Positions 48,208 to 56,914 of a DNA stretch of 56,914 bases are shown here, one piece after another (positions within the stretch are counted from its first letter, which is position 1; each line of letters begins with the position of its first letter). The notes beneath the pieces are model-generated. The model did no database searches and was not told where the DNA came from. It was given only the letters and a program-made list of their open reading frames with translations. This DNA is from Chthonomonadales bacterium (GTDB lineage: Bacteria; Armatimonadota; Chthonomonadetes; Chthonomonadales; CAJBBX01). Position numbers and translations under genes: made by a program. The DNA is taken from positions 1,937 through 58,850 of the forward strand of contig JBBIPC010000003.1 of the NCBI GenBank assembly GCA_037443035.1, written 5' to 3'.

Positions 48208-49167
48208 TCAGGGCACGAATCTGGCGACGGAGTTCTTGTCCACGACCTCGGTTTCCGTTTTCACAACGGGTCCCACCTGCTCACCCTTCAGTCTCTTCTC
48301 GATGACTTCGATAGTTTTCTTGCCCATCTCACGAGGAAACACCACGAGGGTCGCCGTCAGGACGCCGTTCTTCACGTCCGCCAGGGCGTCCGGGTTCCCG
48401 TCGAGGCCGATGGTGAAGATCTGTTTGCCGGCCTGTCGAGCCGCCTGCGCGGCGCCCTGGGCCATGGCATCCGAGCATCCGAAGACGAGGTCCAGATCCG
48501 GGTACTTTTGCAGGAATTCCGTCGTGCGGTCTGCACCTTCTTTGCGAAGCCAGTTCGCGGACTGTGCCGCCACCACCTGTATTTGTGTGCCTGCCAGCGC
48601 CCTCCTAAAGCCACCCGCCCGTTCATTCGTATGACTGCCAGCGGTGCCCTCCAGGATAGCCACCTTGCCCCGAGGCGTTCCATACTTGGCAGTCAGAAGC
48701 TCCACCGCCTTCTTGCCGCACTTCATACCCCCTTCGAACTCGTCGTAGCCGATATAAGCCTCCACCTTGCCGCTGGGCACGAGCGTGATGGAGTTGTGAA
48801 CGAAAATGGGTACGTTGGCGTCGTTCGCCTTCTTGACGGCCTGGCTCAGGGCCTCGTCGTTCACGGCGCAGATGCTGATCGCCGAGACTCCCTTCTGCAG
48901 GCTGTCCTGGACCTTGGCAACCTGATCCGCCGAGTTGGTCTCCTTGTCCGGCTCGAGGTGGCTGAACTTCCACCCCCGCTGCTTCGCGCCTTCCTCAGCC
49001 CCTTTCACGAACTCCTGATGGAAGACGCTGGTGAGAGCTGGCGAGATGATGACTACCGAGACCTGTGACGAACCACCGACTACCGGTTGCGTCTTGTCTT
49101 CCCGCTTCCCAGCACAGCCCGCTAGGGCCACGGCAATGCAAGCTGCTGCGATAACTGAACGCTTCAT
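48208..49167 (-). CDS. Sugar ABC transporter substrate-binding lipoprotein (RbsB family)
   Basis: MKRSVIAAACIAVALAGC lipobox; ERAGGF, ANW, SDAMAQGA and GLDG motifs. Confidence 0.92.
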   Translation of the reverse strand: MKRSVIAAACIAVALAGCAGKREDKTQPVVGGSSQVSVVIISPALTSVFHQEFVKGAEEGAKQRGWKFSHLEPDKETNSADQVAKVQDSLQKGVSAISICAVNDEALSQAVKKANDANVPIFVHNSITLVPSGKVEAYIGYDEFEGGMKCGKKAVELLTAKYGTPRGKVAILEGTAGSHTNERAGGFRRALAGTQIQVVAAQSANWLRKEGADRTTEFLQKYPDLDLVFGCSDAMAQGAAQAARQAGKQIFTIGLDGNPDALADVKNGVLTATLVVFPREMGKKTIEVIEKRLKGEQVGPVVKTETEVVDKNSVARFVP

Positions 49168-49169
49168 AA

Positions 49170-50174
49170 CTACACCTGCCTCCTTCGCCTCTGGTACATA
49201 TCGATCATGACTGCCACGAAGATGATCGCTCCTATGGCCACCCTCTGATAGTTGGAGTTCACTTGCATGAGGTTCAGACCGTTCCGCACGAGACCTATGA
49301 GAAGCGCACCGGCGAACGTGCCTGGTAGGTTTCCTTGGCCTCCGCTCAAGCTCGTGCCGCCAATGACCACGGCAGCAATGACATCCAGCTCCAAGCCATC
49401 CCCGATCGTTGGCTCGGCCGCACCTACATATCCCGTGTAAAGCAGGCCAGCCAGACCTGCCAACAACCCAGACAGTGCATAGCAGAACAGCTTCACCTGC
49501 GCCGTGGGAACGCCCGACAATCGGGAGGCTTCCTCGTTGCTGCCGACGCTGTAGATATAGCGTCCCAGCCGTGTGCGCTGCAACACCACGTGTCCAGCAA
49601 CGAACAGCACCACCATGAGTACGATCATGACGGGGAGTTTCTCGATGAGAGGCACGTTCTCCGCCATATTTCCGGATCCGAACCACAGATAGGAATCGGG
49701 GAGGTTGTAGATGGCACCTCCACCACTCACCACGAACGCCAACCCCCGCGCCATGACCATGAGCGCTAGCGTCGCGATGAATGGCGGCAGCCCCATACGC
49801 GATATGGCAAGTCCGTTGAGCACCCCAAGGACCAGACCGAGCACTAGCGTCAGGATCACTCCGTATGGACCCTCCAGGCCATGGTGAGCCATGAGGATCG
49901 CCGGCACACAGGCGCTCAGGGCCGCGACCGAGCCTACCGAGAGATCTATGCCAGCCGCAAGGATGACGAACGTCATGCCTACTGCCACGATGGCCGTCAT
50001 AGAGATCTGCGTCAACACGTTACGGAAGTTCGGCCACCCGCGAAAGGAGGGCTCCATGACCGCCATGAAGACGTACAGAGCGATGAGCACACCGTAGACA
50101 CCAGCCTCGCGCCATACGGATCGCCCCACAGACCGTGCGGCTTGTCCAGCATCCTCTTGGGACGGACTCCTCAT
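49170..50174 (-). CDS. Sugar ABC transporter permease (RbsC family)
   Basis: GIDLSVGS, PPFIATL, RLSG and ELDVIAAVVIGGTSLSGG motifs. Confidence 0.93.
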   Translation of the reverse strand: MRSPSQEDAGQAARSVGRSVWREAGVYGVLIALYVFMAVMEPSFRGWPNFRNVLTQISMTAIVAVGMTFVILAAGIDLSVGSVAALSACVPAILMAHHGLEGPYGVILTLVLGLVLGVLNGLAISRMGLPPFIATLALMVMARGLAFVVSGGGAIYNLPDSYLWFGSGNMAENVPLIEKLPVMIVLMVVLFVAGHVVLQRTRLGRYIYSVGSNEEASRLSGVPTAQVKLFCYALSGLLAGLAGLLYTGYVGAAEPTIGDGLELDVIAAVVIGGTSLSGGQGNLPGTFAGALLIGLVRNGLNLMQVNSNYQRVAIGAIIFVAVMIDMYQRRRRQV

Positions 50175-50287
50175 ACCCCTTCCTTCGCTGGATGTACCGC
50201 CTCTTCCTACTCGCTCCTGCGACACCGTAACCACGGGGAATCTGGCGCGTGAACGGCGAATCCTCACCATGGGGAGGACAATAAGCC

Positions 50288-51961
50288 ATGGCTATCGAGC
50301 TTCTGGACGTTCTGGGAGCGCTCGCCCAGCAGGTGGACGCGATCATGCAGCGCCAGATCACGGACCCGGGCAAGGATTGCGGCGGTGTCATGCAACCAGC
50401 CTGGGGTCTGACGGAACCGACTGGCACTGTGAGCTTGGTGGCCACCTGCGGCATGCTCTTCATTGCGCGTCGCTTGCGATCGGACGTCGCACCAAGCTTG
50501 CCGAGCGACGCCCACCTGCTCCACCGGCTCGACCTGGCCACTGGGTACCTGGAGCGCGTCCAGCGGCCATCAGGGCTCATTGATCTGCGCGACTGCAACT
50601 ACGACTCGGCACCAGACGCAGCGTTCGCAGTCCAGGCACTCTGTCCGCTCCTCGAGTTGGGTCGGCGGTTGAGCAGCGGAGACGAAGAGTGGAGCGCCTT
50701 GCTCGGACGTATCGAGGGATTTGTACGCCGGGCTACCATCGGCATGCTGACGGGCGGTTTCCATACCCCCAATCACCGCTGGGTCATGGCGGCGGCCATG
50801 GCGCAGGCCGCGTCGCTCCTCGGAGACGTGCCCGCGGATCCCGTCATCGAGGCGTACCTGGCGGAGGGCATGGACGTGGACGCCGATGGCGCCTACATCG
50901 AGCGGAGTACGGGCGTATACGATGGCATCTGCGATCGGTCCATGTTCCTCCTCTGGGAGCACAAACGCTATCGGCCGGCGTTGGAAGCAGCCCTGGCGAA
51001 TCTCTCGCTGAACCTACACATGCTCCACCCGGACGGCACCATCGAAACGGGCGCTTCCCGCCGGCAGGACTACGGAAAGCGTGTCGTTCCGTCAGCCCTC
51101 GCGCTTCCCTATCTCATGGCCCACCGCTTGACATCAGATAGCACCTACTTGTGCGCCGCCGACTTGGTCTGGGAGAAGAGTCATGGTGATGCTGCGGGTC
51201 TTGCATGGTACTTGCTGAAGTACGGAGAGCCGAACGCCGGAGATGTCCGTGGCAAGCTGCAGGACTTCCAACGCACGTTCAGCCGCCTCGGTCTCTGGCG
51301 ATCCCGGCGCGGGCCCATCAGCGCGACGGCGTTCGCCGGCACCACTCGCCTTTTCACGCTCGTCTTTGGCAACGCCGAGTTATTCGCTGTGAAGATCAGC
51401 CAGAGCTACTTCGGCGCAGGGAGGTTCGAGGGCGACCAGATGGAAGACCAGGAGAACGGCTGCTTGCTGGTCTCTCGGGGCGAGCACGTGGTTCATAGGC
51501 CTGGGTACGACCTTCCGCTAGGCCGGCCTGTGGACCCTTCGCGCTGGTTCGAGACGCGAGCCGAACGCCCATGGCGGCCGCTGCCACCTTGCCTGAGCGA
51601 ACTGCACATCAGTGAGATATCCGATGGATTCCGACTGAGGTACCGGACCCTAGAGGGCATGCCTGGCGTCACGGCTCAGCTTGCGCTGGATTTCGCTCCG
51701 GGCGGCATATGGGAGACCGAAGATACAGTTCTGGAGCCCCGCCCAGGACAGGTTCTCTTCCTGAAGCGAGGCCACGGTACCATGACGTACGGCACAGACT
51801 CCGTGGAAGTCGCCCCCGGAGCCTATGCCCACCGCATGTGGGCCATGCGCGATGCCGAGCCTGCTCCGGAGCACGTGCGAGTGTTGCTCACGTTCGAGAC
51901 GCCCATAGAGCACACGCTGACCGTGCGGTGCAGGCACGGGCACGGGGCGACCACCAAGTGA
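50288..51961 (+). CDS. Conserved hypothetical protein, possible alpha/alpha-toroid + beta-sandwich glycan lyase/hydrolase
   Basis: GGAGG RBS; SAPDAAF, GGFHTPNHRW, DGAYIERS..YD and SRRQD motifs. Confidence 0.65.
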   Translation: MAIELLDVLGALAQQVDAIMQRQITDPGKDCGGVMQPAWGLTEPTGTVSLVATCGMLFIARRLRSDVAPSLPSDAHLLHRLDLATGYLERVQRPSGLIDLRDCNYDSAPDAAFAVQALCPLLELGRRLSSGDEEWSALLGRIEGFVRRATIGMLTGGFHTPNHRWVMAAAMAQAASLLGDVPADPVIEAYLAEGMDVDADGAYIERSTGVYDGICDRSMFLLWEHKRYRPALEAALANLSLNLHMLHPDGTIETGASRRQDYGKRVVPSALALPYLMAHRLTSDSTYLCAADLVWEKSHGDAAGLAWYLLKYGEPNAGDVRGKLQDFQRTFSRLGLWRSRRGPISATAFAGTTRLFTLVFGNAELFAVKISQSYFGAGRFEGDQMEDQENGCLLVSRGEHVVHRPGYDLPLGRPVDPSRWFETRAERPWRPLPPCLSELHISEISDGFRLRYRTLEGMPGVTAQLALDFAPGGIWETEDTVLEPRPGQVLFLKRGHGTMTYGTDSVEVAPGAYAHRMWAMRDAEPAPEHVRVLLTFETPIEHTLTVRCRHGHGATTK

Positions 51962-51995
51962 ACGAGAAGCACAGCGTTCGGACGGGATCCGACTG

Positions 51996-52721
51996 GTGCA
52001 TTTCCCTTTCACTGTAGAACGCGCGACCTTCCTGGAGCGGCCGAACCGCTTCCTCGCACTTGTTCGCCTGCCAAGCGGCGAAGTTGTCCGTGCTCACTGT
52101 CCGGATCCCGGCCGCCTCCGGGAGCTGCTCGTGCCCGAGGCAGTCGTGTATGTCAGTCGAGCGTCTAAGGAACACCGCACGACGAGCTACGATCTTCGCC
52201 TAGTGGTGCATCCCGAGAACGGCACGCTCATCAGTCTGGACTCGCGTCTGCCCAATGCCCTGTTCGCCGAGGCCGCGGCGAGCGGGGTGCTGGCGCCATT
52301 CCCTGCGCCGGCGCGTCTGAGACCCGAGGTTCCCCTACCGCTAAGTGGACCGGGCATTCGCAGCCGGGCGGATTACGTGCTGGAGGACGGCTCGGGGCGG
52401 CGATGGTGGGTCGAAGTCAAGTCGGCAACCCTGGTGCGGGATGGCGTCGCGTACTTTCCGGACGCAGTGACCGAGCGTGGGGCACGCCATGTCCGGGAGC
52501 TTACAGACCTGGCAGCCAAGGGCGAAGCTGCGGCTGTCTGCTTCGTCGTGCAGAGGCCCGATGCTCGGGTCTTGAAACCCGAGTGGGACCGCGATCCCAC
52601 CTTTGCAGAGGCACTTCAGCGGGCCGGCGCCCGGGGCGTCGCACTCTATGCCTGGAACTCAGAGGTCACTTTGCAGGGCGCCCGCATCCTCCACGAGATA
52701 CCTGTCGTCACCGACCCCTGA
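51996..52721 (+). CDS. sfsA: DNA/RNA nuclease SfsA (sugar fermentation stimulation protein)
   Basis: RPNRF, HCPDPGRLREL, EVKSATL, FPDAVTERGARH and DPTFA motifs. Confidence 0.93.
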   Translation: MHFPFTVERATFLERPNRFLALVRLPSGEVVRAHCPDPGRLRELLVPEAVVYVSRASKEHRTTSYDLRLVVHPENGTLISLDSRLPNALFAEAAASGVLAPFPAPARLRPEVPLPLSGPGIRSRADYVLEDGSGRRWWVEVKSATLVRDGVAYFPDAVTERGARHVRELTDLAAKGEAAAVCFVVQRPDARVLKPEWDRDPTFAEALQRAGARGVALYAWNSEVTLQGARILHEIPVVTDP

Positions 52722-52739
52722 GCGATCAGCTCGCACCGA

Positions 52740-53648
52740 CTACGTGCGAACGAGAAGCAGAGGCGTACCTACACGAGCGACAATGCGAGCTCCGAAGCTC
52801 CCCGAGACGAGCGCCTCCAGTCCGACTTTACCGTGGCTGGCGATGATGATCAGCTCTGCACCAACGCTTTCCGCATACTGGACGATCTGTTCGACTGGAT
52901 GGCCACGTAGGACGCTCGCAATCACCTTGGCGCCGGTCCTGTTGCATTCCGCCATGGCATCTTGAAGGTACTTGGAAGCGTTCTCTTCCGCGAGCTCCAG
53001 AATTGCCGTAACGGTGGCCGGCATTGTGCGGCGTGGGGCCGAACGATCACCAATCAGTGTCTCGCGTGTCGGCACGACCATGACCAGGTGCAACTCCGAG
53101 CCTAGCGCGCACGCCAGGCGAGCGCCCAGTTCCAGCGGCGCGGGGTGACGTTCGCTTCCCTCTACGGGCATGACAATTCGCTGTGGGTCGAACGCGGGTG
53201 CACTGCCATCTGCCTGCGGCTCCACTACAAGCACGGGCCACCGACCGCGCTGGAGCACCTGCTGGGCGATGCTGCCGAAGAGGACGTCCCGCACCCCACC
53301 ATGCCCGTGCGTGCACAACACAACAAGGTCCGGTTGGAACTCATCGGCATGTTGGAGAATACTGGCCGCCACGTCTCCTTCCCTGGACTCATGCACGTGC
53401 CAACTCACGAGGACTCCTGTCCGCCGCAGGAGTTCGGCGACGCTCTCCAGATAGACGCCTGCCTCATTCGGATCCGCAAGGTGCCGTTCGCCGTGAATGG
53501 ACGCCGGAGGCCGCGCTTCTCGGATGTGCATGAGCGTGACCTCTGCGCCGCAAGCAATCGCGATCCTCTGGACGGCTGGCAGGACGCTTTCCGCCAGGCG
53601 CGATCCGTCCAGCGGCACGAGCAGGCGATGGAATGCCATGGCTGTCAT
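52740..53648 (-). CDS. Tandem-domain universal stress protein
   Basis: LLVPLDGS, THGHGG..LFGSIA, then a second domain with SHGKVG...GS. ATGA overlap with mntH. Confidence 0.92.
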   Translation of the reverse strand: MTAMAFHRLLVPLDGSRLAESVLPAVQRIAIACGAEVTLMHIREARPPASIHGERHLADPNEAGVYLESVAELLRRTGVLVSWHVHESREGDVAASILQHADEFQPDLVVLCTHGHGGVRDVLFGSIAQQVLQRGRWPVLVVEPQADGSAPAFDPQRIVMPVEGSERHPAPLELGARLACALGSELHLVMVVPTRETLIGDRSAPRRTMPATVTAILELAEENASKYLQDAMAECNRTGAKVIASVLRGHPVEQIVQYAESVGAELIIIASHGKVGLEALVSGSFGARIVARVGTPLLLVRT

Positions 53649-54964
53649 CTCCCAGCGAATGTCTGCACAAGAAGGAAGACGTTCAACGCGATGATGAGGA
53701 CCGCAGTCGCGCCGCCAGTGATGTTTGTCAGTCGGCTGTTCGCCAGGGGTCCCATGAGGTCACGGCTGCGGGTAAATAGGATGAGTGGCACTAGGGCGAA
53801 CGGGATGCCGAAGCTCAGGAGGACTTGGCTGATCACGAGAACGCGCGTGGCATCCATACCGAGTGCGATAACCAGAAGCGACGGCGCCATCGTCACGGCT
53901 CGGCGGACCCACAGAGGAATCTCGCGCCTTAGAAAACCCTGCATGATCACCTGGCCAGACATGGTGCCCACTGCCGAGGACGAGAGCCCCGACGCCAGCA
54001 GCGAGATGCCGAAGACCACGCTCGAGGCACTGCCGAGGAGGGGCCGCAGCGTCGCATGCGCCTCCTCGATGGACCCGACCGACGCATGGCCGGTTCCGTG
54101 GAAGACTTTGGCCGCCATGATCAGCATGGCTGCGTTGACGAATCCGGCAACGCCGAGCGCGACGACCACGTCCACAAGCTGGAACCGCATGAGCCTTCGA
54201 AGTTGTTCAGGATCGCGCGTCACGATGCGGCCCTGCGTCAGCGCCGAATGGAGGAAGATGACGTGGGGCATGACGGTCGCACCAAGAATCCCTGAGGCAA
54301 GGAGCACACTCTCTGTGCCCTCCAAGCGAGGCACCACGATGCTCGTGCCGATCTGTTTCCAGTCGGGACGACTCAGGAAGATCTCGATGACATAACAGAC
54401 CGCGATGACGCCTACCATGGCCGCGATGACCGCCTCGAGCGGTCGGAAACCTCGGCGCTCCAGTCCGAGGATGATGAAGGTCGTGATGGCAGTCAAGATG
54501 CCGCCCCACCAGAGCGGAAGGCGGAACAGGAGCTGGAAACCCACGGCGGCTCCCAGGAACTCAGCCAGGTCCGTCGCAATGGCCACAAGCTCCCCGAGGA
54601 TCCACATCCCCCAGACTACGACCGGACGGAAACGGTCCCGACAATGCTCTGCGAGGTTTCGGCCAGTGGCTATGCCAAGCTTGGCCGAAAGCATCTGAAT
54701 CAGCATGGCCATCAGGTTGCTCAGGACGATGACCCAGACAAGCATGTAGCCGAAACGTGCGCCGCCCGAGATGTTCGTCGCGAAGTTGCCAGGGTCTACG
54801 TAGGCAACGGAGGCGACGAAGGCTGGACCGAGGAACGGAAGCAGCGAACCAAGGAGGCCCCGTTTCGACCGGCCGTTGAGAATGTCATCTGCGGCGCGCA
54901 CAGTGGCGCTGTCCGCCGACCGGACTGCTACGGCGGGTTGCAGGCTTCGTGGATCATCGGTCAT
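53645..54964 (-). CDS. mntH: Nramp-family Mn2+/Fe2+ transporter
   Basis: AYVDPGNF, GATVMPH..FLHS and SQVLLSF motifs. Confidence 0.95.
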   Translation of the reverse strand: MTDDPRSLQPAVAVRSADSATVRAADDILNGRSKRGLLGSLLPFLGPAFVASVAYVDPGNFATNISGGARFGYMLVWVIVLSNLMAMLIQMLSAKLGIATGRNLAEHCRDRFRPVVVWGMWILGELVAIATDLAEFLGAAVGFQLLFRLPLWWGGILTAITTFIILGLERRGFRPLEAVIAAMVGVIAVCYVIEIFLSRPDWKQIGTSIVVPRLEGTESVLLASGILGATVMPHVIFLHSALTQGRIVTRDPEQLRRLMRFQLVDVVVALGVAGFVNAAMLIMAAKVFHGTGHASVGSIEEAHATLRPLLGSASSVVFGISLLASGLSSSAVGTMSGQVIMQGFLRREIPLWVRRAVTMAPSLLVIALGMDATRVLVISQVLLSFGIPFALVPLILFTRSRDLMGPLANSRLTNITGGATAVLIIALNVFLLVQTFAGR

Positions 54965-55056
54965 TGCATTTCGAGCTCAGCGGATCCGGATCCTAGCTCG
55001 TCGGGCGACGCCGTCCGGCGACACTCGATTAGCAGAACACCAGGTATCTTGATGCC

Positions 55057-55078
55057 AAAGGTCGCTCATGCTACTTTC
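55057..55078 (-). promoter_or_regulatory. Candidate MntR-type operator upstream of mntH
   Basis: Minus strand GAAAGTAGC-ATGA-GCGACCTTT resembles the proteobacterial MntR box AAACATAGC-N4-GCTATGTTT (12 of 18 positions match by eye). Confidence 0.4.
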
Positions 55079-56693
55079 GCGTACGTATTCTTGGCGCCCT
55101 TGTGTTCGTCCTGCGCTGGTGTTGGTCGGGTGGCAGGTCGTAACACTCATCATGCTCGGTTCGGGCGAGCGCGCGCACTCCTTGCGTCCAGCTCTGCGCG
55201 CCCAGTGGGGCGAATGGCAGACGCGCAACATGGTCAGTACTGCCCGCGGGCTGCCAACGCAGATGGACCCTGAGCGGAAGTTGAACATCCGATGGGCGGT
55301 CGAGCTAGGCGGGCAGACTCATGGGACCCCTGTGGTCGCAGGAGATTACGTGCTTATCGGGACCAACAACGAACGGCCCCGCGATACGCGCCTACGCGCC
55401 GACTCGGGGGTCCTGCTCTGCCTTCAAGCTCGAACCGGCAAGCTGGTCTGGCAGCTTGTCGTACCCAAGGTCGGAGGCAGTCCGTACAACGACTGGCCGG
55501 GTACGGGGCTATGCTCTACCCCAACGGTGGAAGGCGACCGTGTCTACGTCGTGACGAACCGAAACGAGCTGGCGTGCTTGGACCTCGAGGGCATGGCGAA
55601 CGGGAATGACGGTCCCTATCGGGACGAGGGACGGCACATGGTTCCGGAGGGGCAAGACCCGGTCGAGCCGTCCAAGATGGACGCGGACATCATCTGGTTA
55701 CTGGACATCGTGAAAGAGTGCGGCGTACATCGTCACGACGCAGCGCATGGCTCGCCTGTCATTGATGGCGACGTGTTGTATGTCAACACCTCCAATGGCG
55801 TGACAGACGAGCACATGCTGACGCCCGCATTGGACGCACCCAGCTTGATTGCGGTGGACAAGCGGACCGGCAGGTTGCTTGCACGCGACCGACTGAAGAA
55901 CATGGAGCGCAACATCCATGCTGTCTGGTCATCGCCCGCCCTGGGGTCGGCAGGCGGACGCCATATGGTGTTCTTCGGTGGTGCGGATGGGGTCTGTTAC
56001 GCATTCGAGACGATCACGTCCGAGGCGGTTGGTACACGGACAGGCACTCTCGAACCCATCTGGAGTTTCGATTGCGACCCGGAAGCTCCCAAGCACGATA
56101 TCTTCCGTTGGCAAGAGAACCGTCATGAGGGACCGAGCACCATCACCGCCATGCCGGTGTTCCACCAGGGCCGTGTGTACGTCATCGCTGGTGGAGACCT
56201 CTGGCACGGAAAGCGTCAGTCCTGGCTCAAGTGCATCCAGCCGACCGGTCGAGGCGATATCACTCGAACCGGCGAAGTCTGGTCCTATGCGTTCACCGGA
56301 CACGGCACCGCCACTCCCGCTATACACAACGGTCTGGCCATTGCGGTATCTTCGCAGGGCACCGTGCACTGCGTCGATATTTCCACTGGCAAGCCTCTCT
56401 GGACTTGCGACACGGGTCAGGAGATCTGGGCATCGCCTCTGGTCGCTGACGGGAAGATCTTCCTTACCACGCGGAATGGGAGCCTCGTCGTGCTGAGCTT
56501 CGGTCGCCAGAAGCCCACGAGCACCATCGTCCGCTTTGGCGGCGCATTCAGCGCGTCACCGGCCGCCGAAGGTGACGCCCTCTATGTTGCCAATATGCGC
56601 ACTCTATTCGCGATAGGCAAGTCGCCCCACAGCACTTCGGCAAGGCCTCGTAATCGCATGTTGACGCAGGGTCAGCCCAAGCGATTGGACTAG
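55068..56693 (+). CDS. PQQ-like (BamB-type) beta-propeller protein
   Basis: Signal-like N-terminus; GTPVVAG, CSTPTVEGDRVY, WSSP and WASPLVADGKI blades. Exact start uncertain. Confidence 0.85.
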   Translation: MLLSRTYSWRPCVRPALVLVGWQVVTLIMLGSGERAHSLRPALRAQWGEWQTRNMVSTARGLPTQMDPERKLNIRWAVELGGQTHGTPVVAGDYVLIGTNNERPRDTRLRADSGVLLCLQARTGKLVWQLVVPKVGGSPYNDWPGTGLCSTPTVEGDRVYVVTNRNELACLDLEGMANGNDGPYRDEGRHMVPEGQDPVEPSKMDADIIWLLDIVKECGVHRHDAAHGSPVIDGDVLYVNTSNGVTDEHMLTPALDAPSLIAVDKRTGRLLARDRLKNMERNIHAVWSSPALGSAGGRHMVFFGGADGVCYAFETITSEAVGTRTGTLEPIWSFDCDPEAPKHDIFRWQENRHEGPSTITAMPVFHQGRVYVIAGGDLWHGKRQSWLKCIQPTGRGDITRTGEVWSYAFTGHGTATPAIHNGLAIAVSSQGTVHCVDISTGKPLWTCDTGQEIWASPLVADGKIFLTTRNGSLVVLSFGRQKPTSTIVRFGGAFSASPAAEGDALYVANMRTLFAIGKSPHSTSARPRNRMLTQGQPKRLD

Positions 56694-56700
56694 CCCAGTT

Positions 56701-56914
56701 CCTGCACCTACGGCCAGAAACGGGGTGTCATCTATCGTGACAGACGCTGTAGCGCAGGCGTCCTCGCCTGCACCTTTCCGTCTCGAACCTCCGATCGGCC
56801 CTCGCTATGCCCACGGCGATCCCTCAGGCCGCCCGACGATGAATCGTCGGGCTGAGACGCAAATCCCGCGCGCGGGATGGACTCGACCCACGCACGTGGG
56901 CTGCGTGCTGCCGT
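56701..56914. repeat. REP/REPIN-like palindrome cluster, truncated at the window end
   Basis: GTAGC-GCAGGCG-TCCT-CGCCTGC (56749-56771); GCCCGACGAT-GA-ATCGTCGGGC (56831-56852); ATCCCGCGCGCGGGAT (56863-56878); CCCACG-CA-CGTGGG (56887-56900). Confidence 0.7.

Noticed and set aside
55050..55190. yybP-ykoY Mn riboswitch upstream of mntH
   Set aside because: GACCTTTG and AAGGAGTG fragments are present, but the core GGGGAGUAG and CGUCAAU-type loops are absent and the region overlaps a plausible CDS start.
56701..56914. CRISPR array or tRNA at the right end
   Set aside because: Palindromes differ from each other, with no regular repeat-spacer period, no cas genes and no cloverleaf or T-loop.

Overview
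GC-rich bacterial chromosomal segment with about 43 CDS, most of them for carbohydrate scavenging. These include GH99/71-like, GH28-like, GH4 (melA), GH123/DUF4091-like and several unclassified secreted glycan enzymes, four Gfo/Idh/MocA oxidoreductases, two sugar-phosphate-isomerase TIM barrels, two URO-D-family proteins, galK, a KdgK-like kinase, pgl, gnd and a sugar ABC permease plus binding protein. Housekeeping genes (aat, msrC, add, dnaN, rny, recX, sfsA, mntH) are interspersed. The gene mix suggests an Armatimonadota-like organism, but this is inference only. I saw no rRNA, tRNA, CRISPR array, transposase or prophage. Best leads: (1) a stand-alone dnaN with a remodelled partner-binding pocket and a structured leader; (2) a Thr-nucleophile 'sulfatase' paired with an Asp-less Gfo oxidoreductase; (3) an exported ThuA-TIM fusion plus Tat-exported Gfo enzyme, a candidate 3-ketoglycoside pathway; (4) a discoidin-fused, diheme HzsA-like protein; (5) a family of GTAG-type REP-like palindromes and a REPIN-like cluster at the window end. 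The ORF track missed a CDS at the left edge (<1..481, minus). All family calls are by-eye motif recognition, not database searches.
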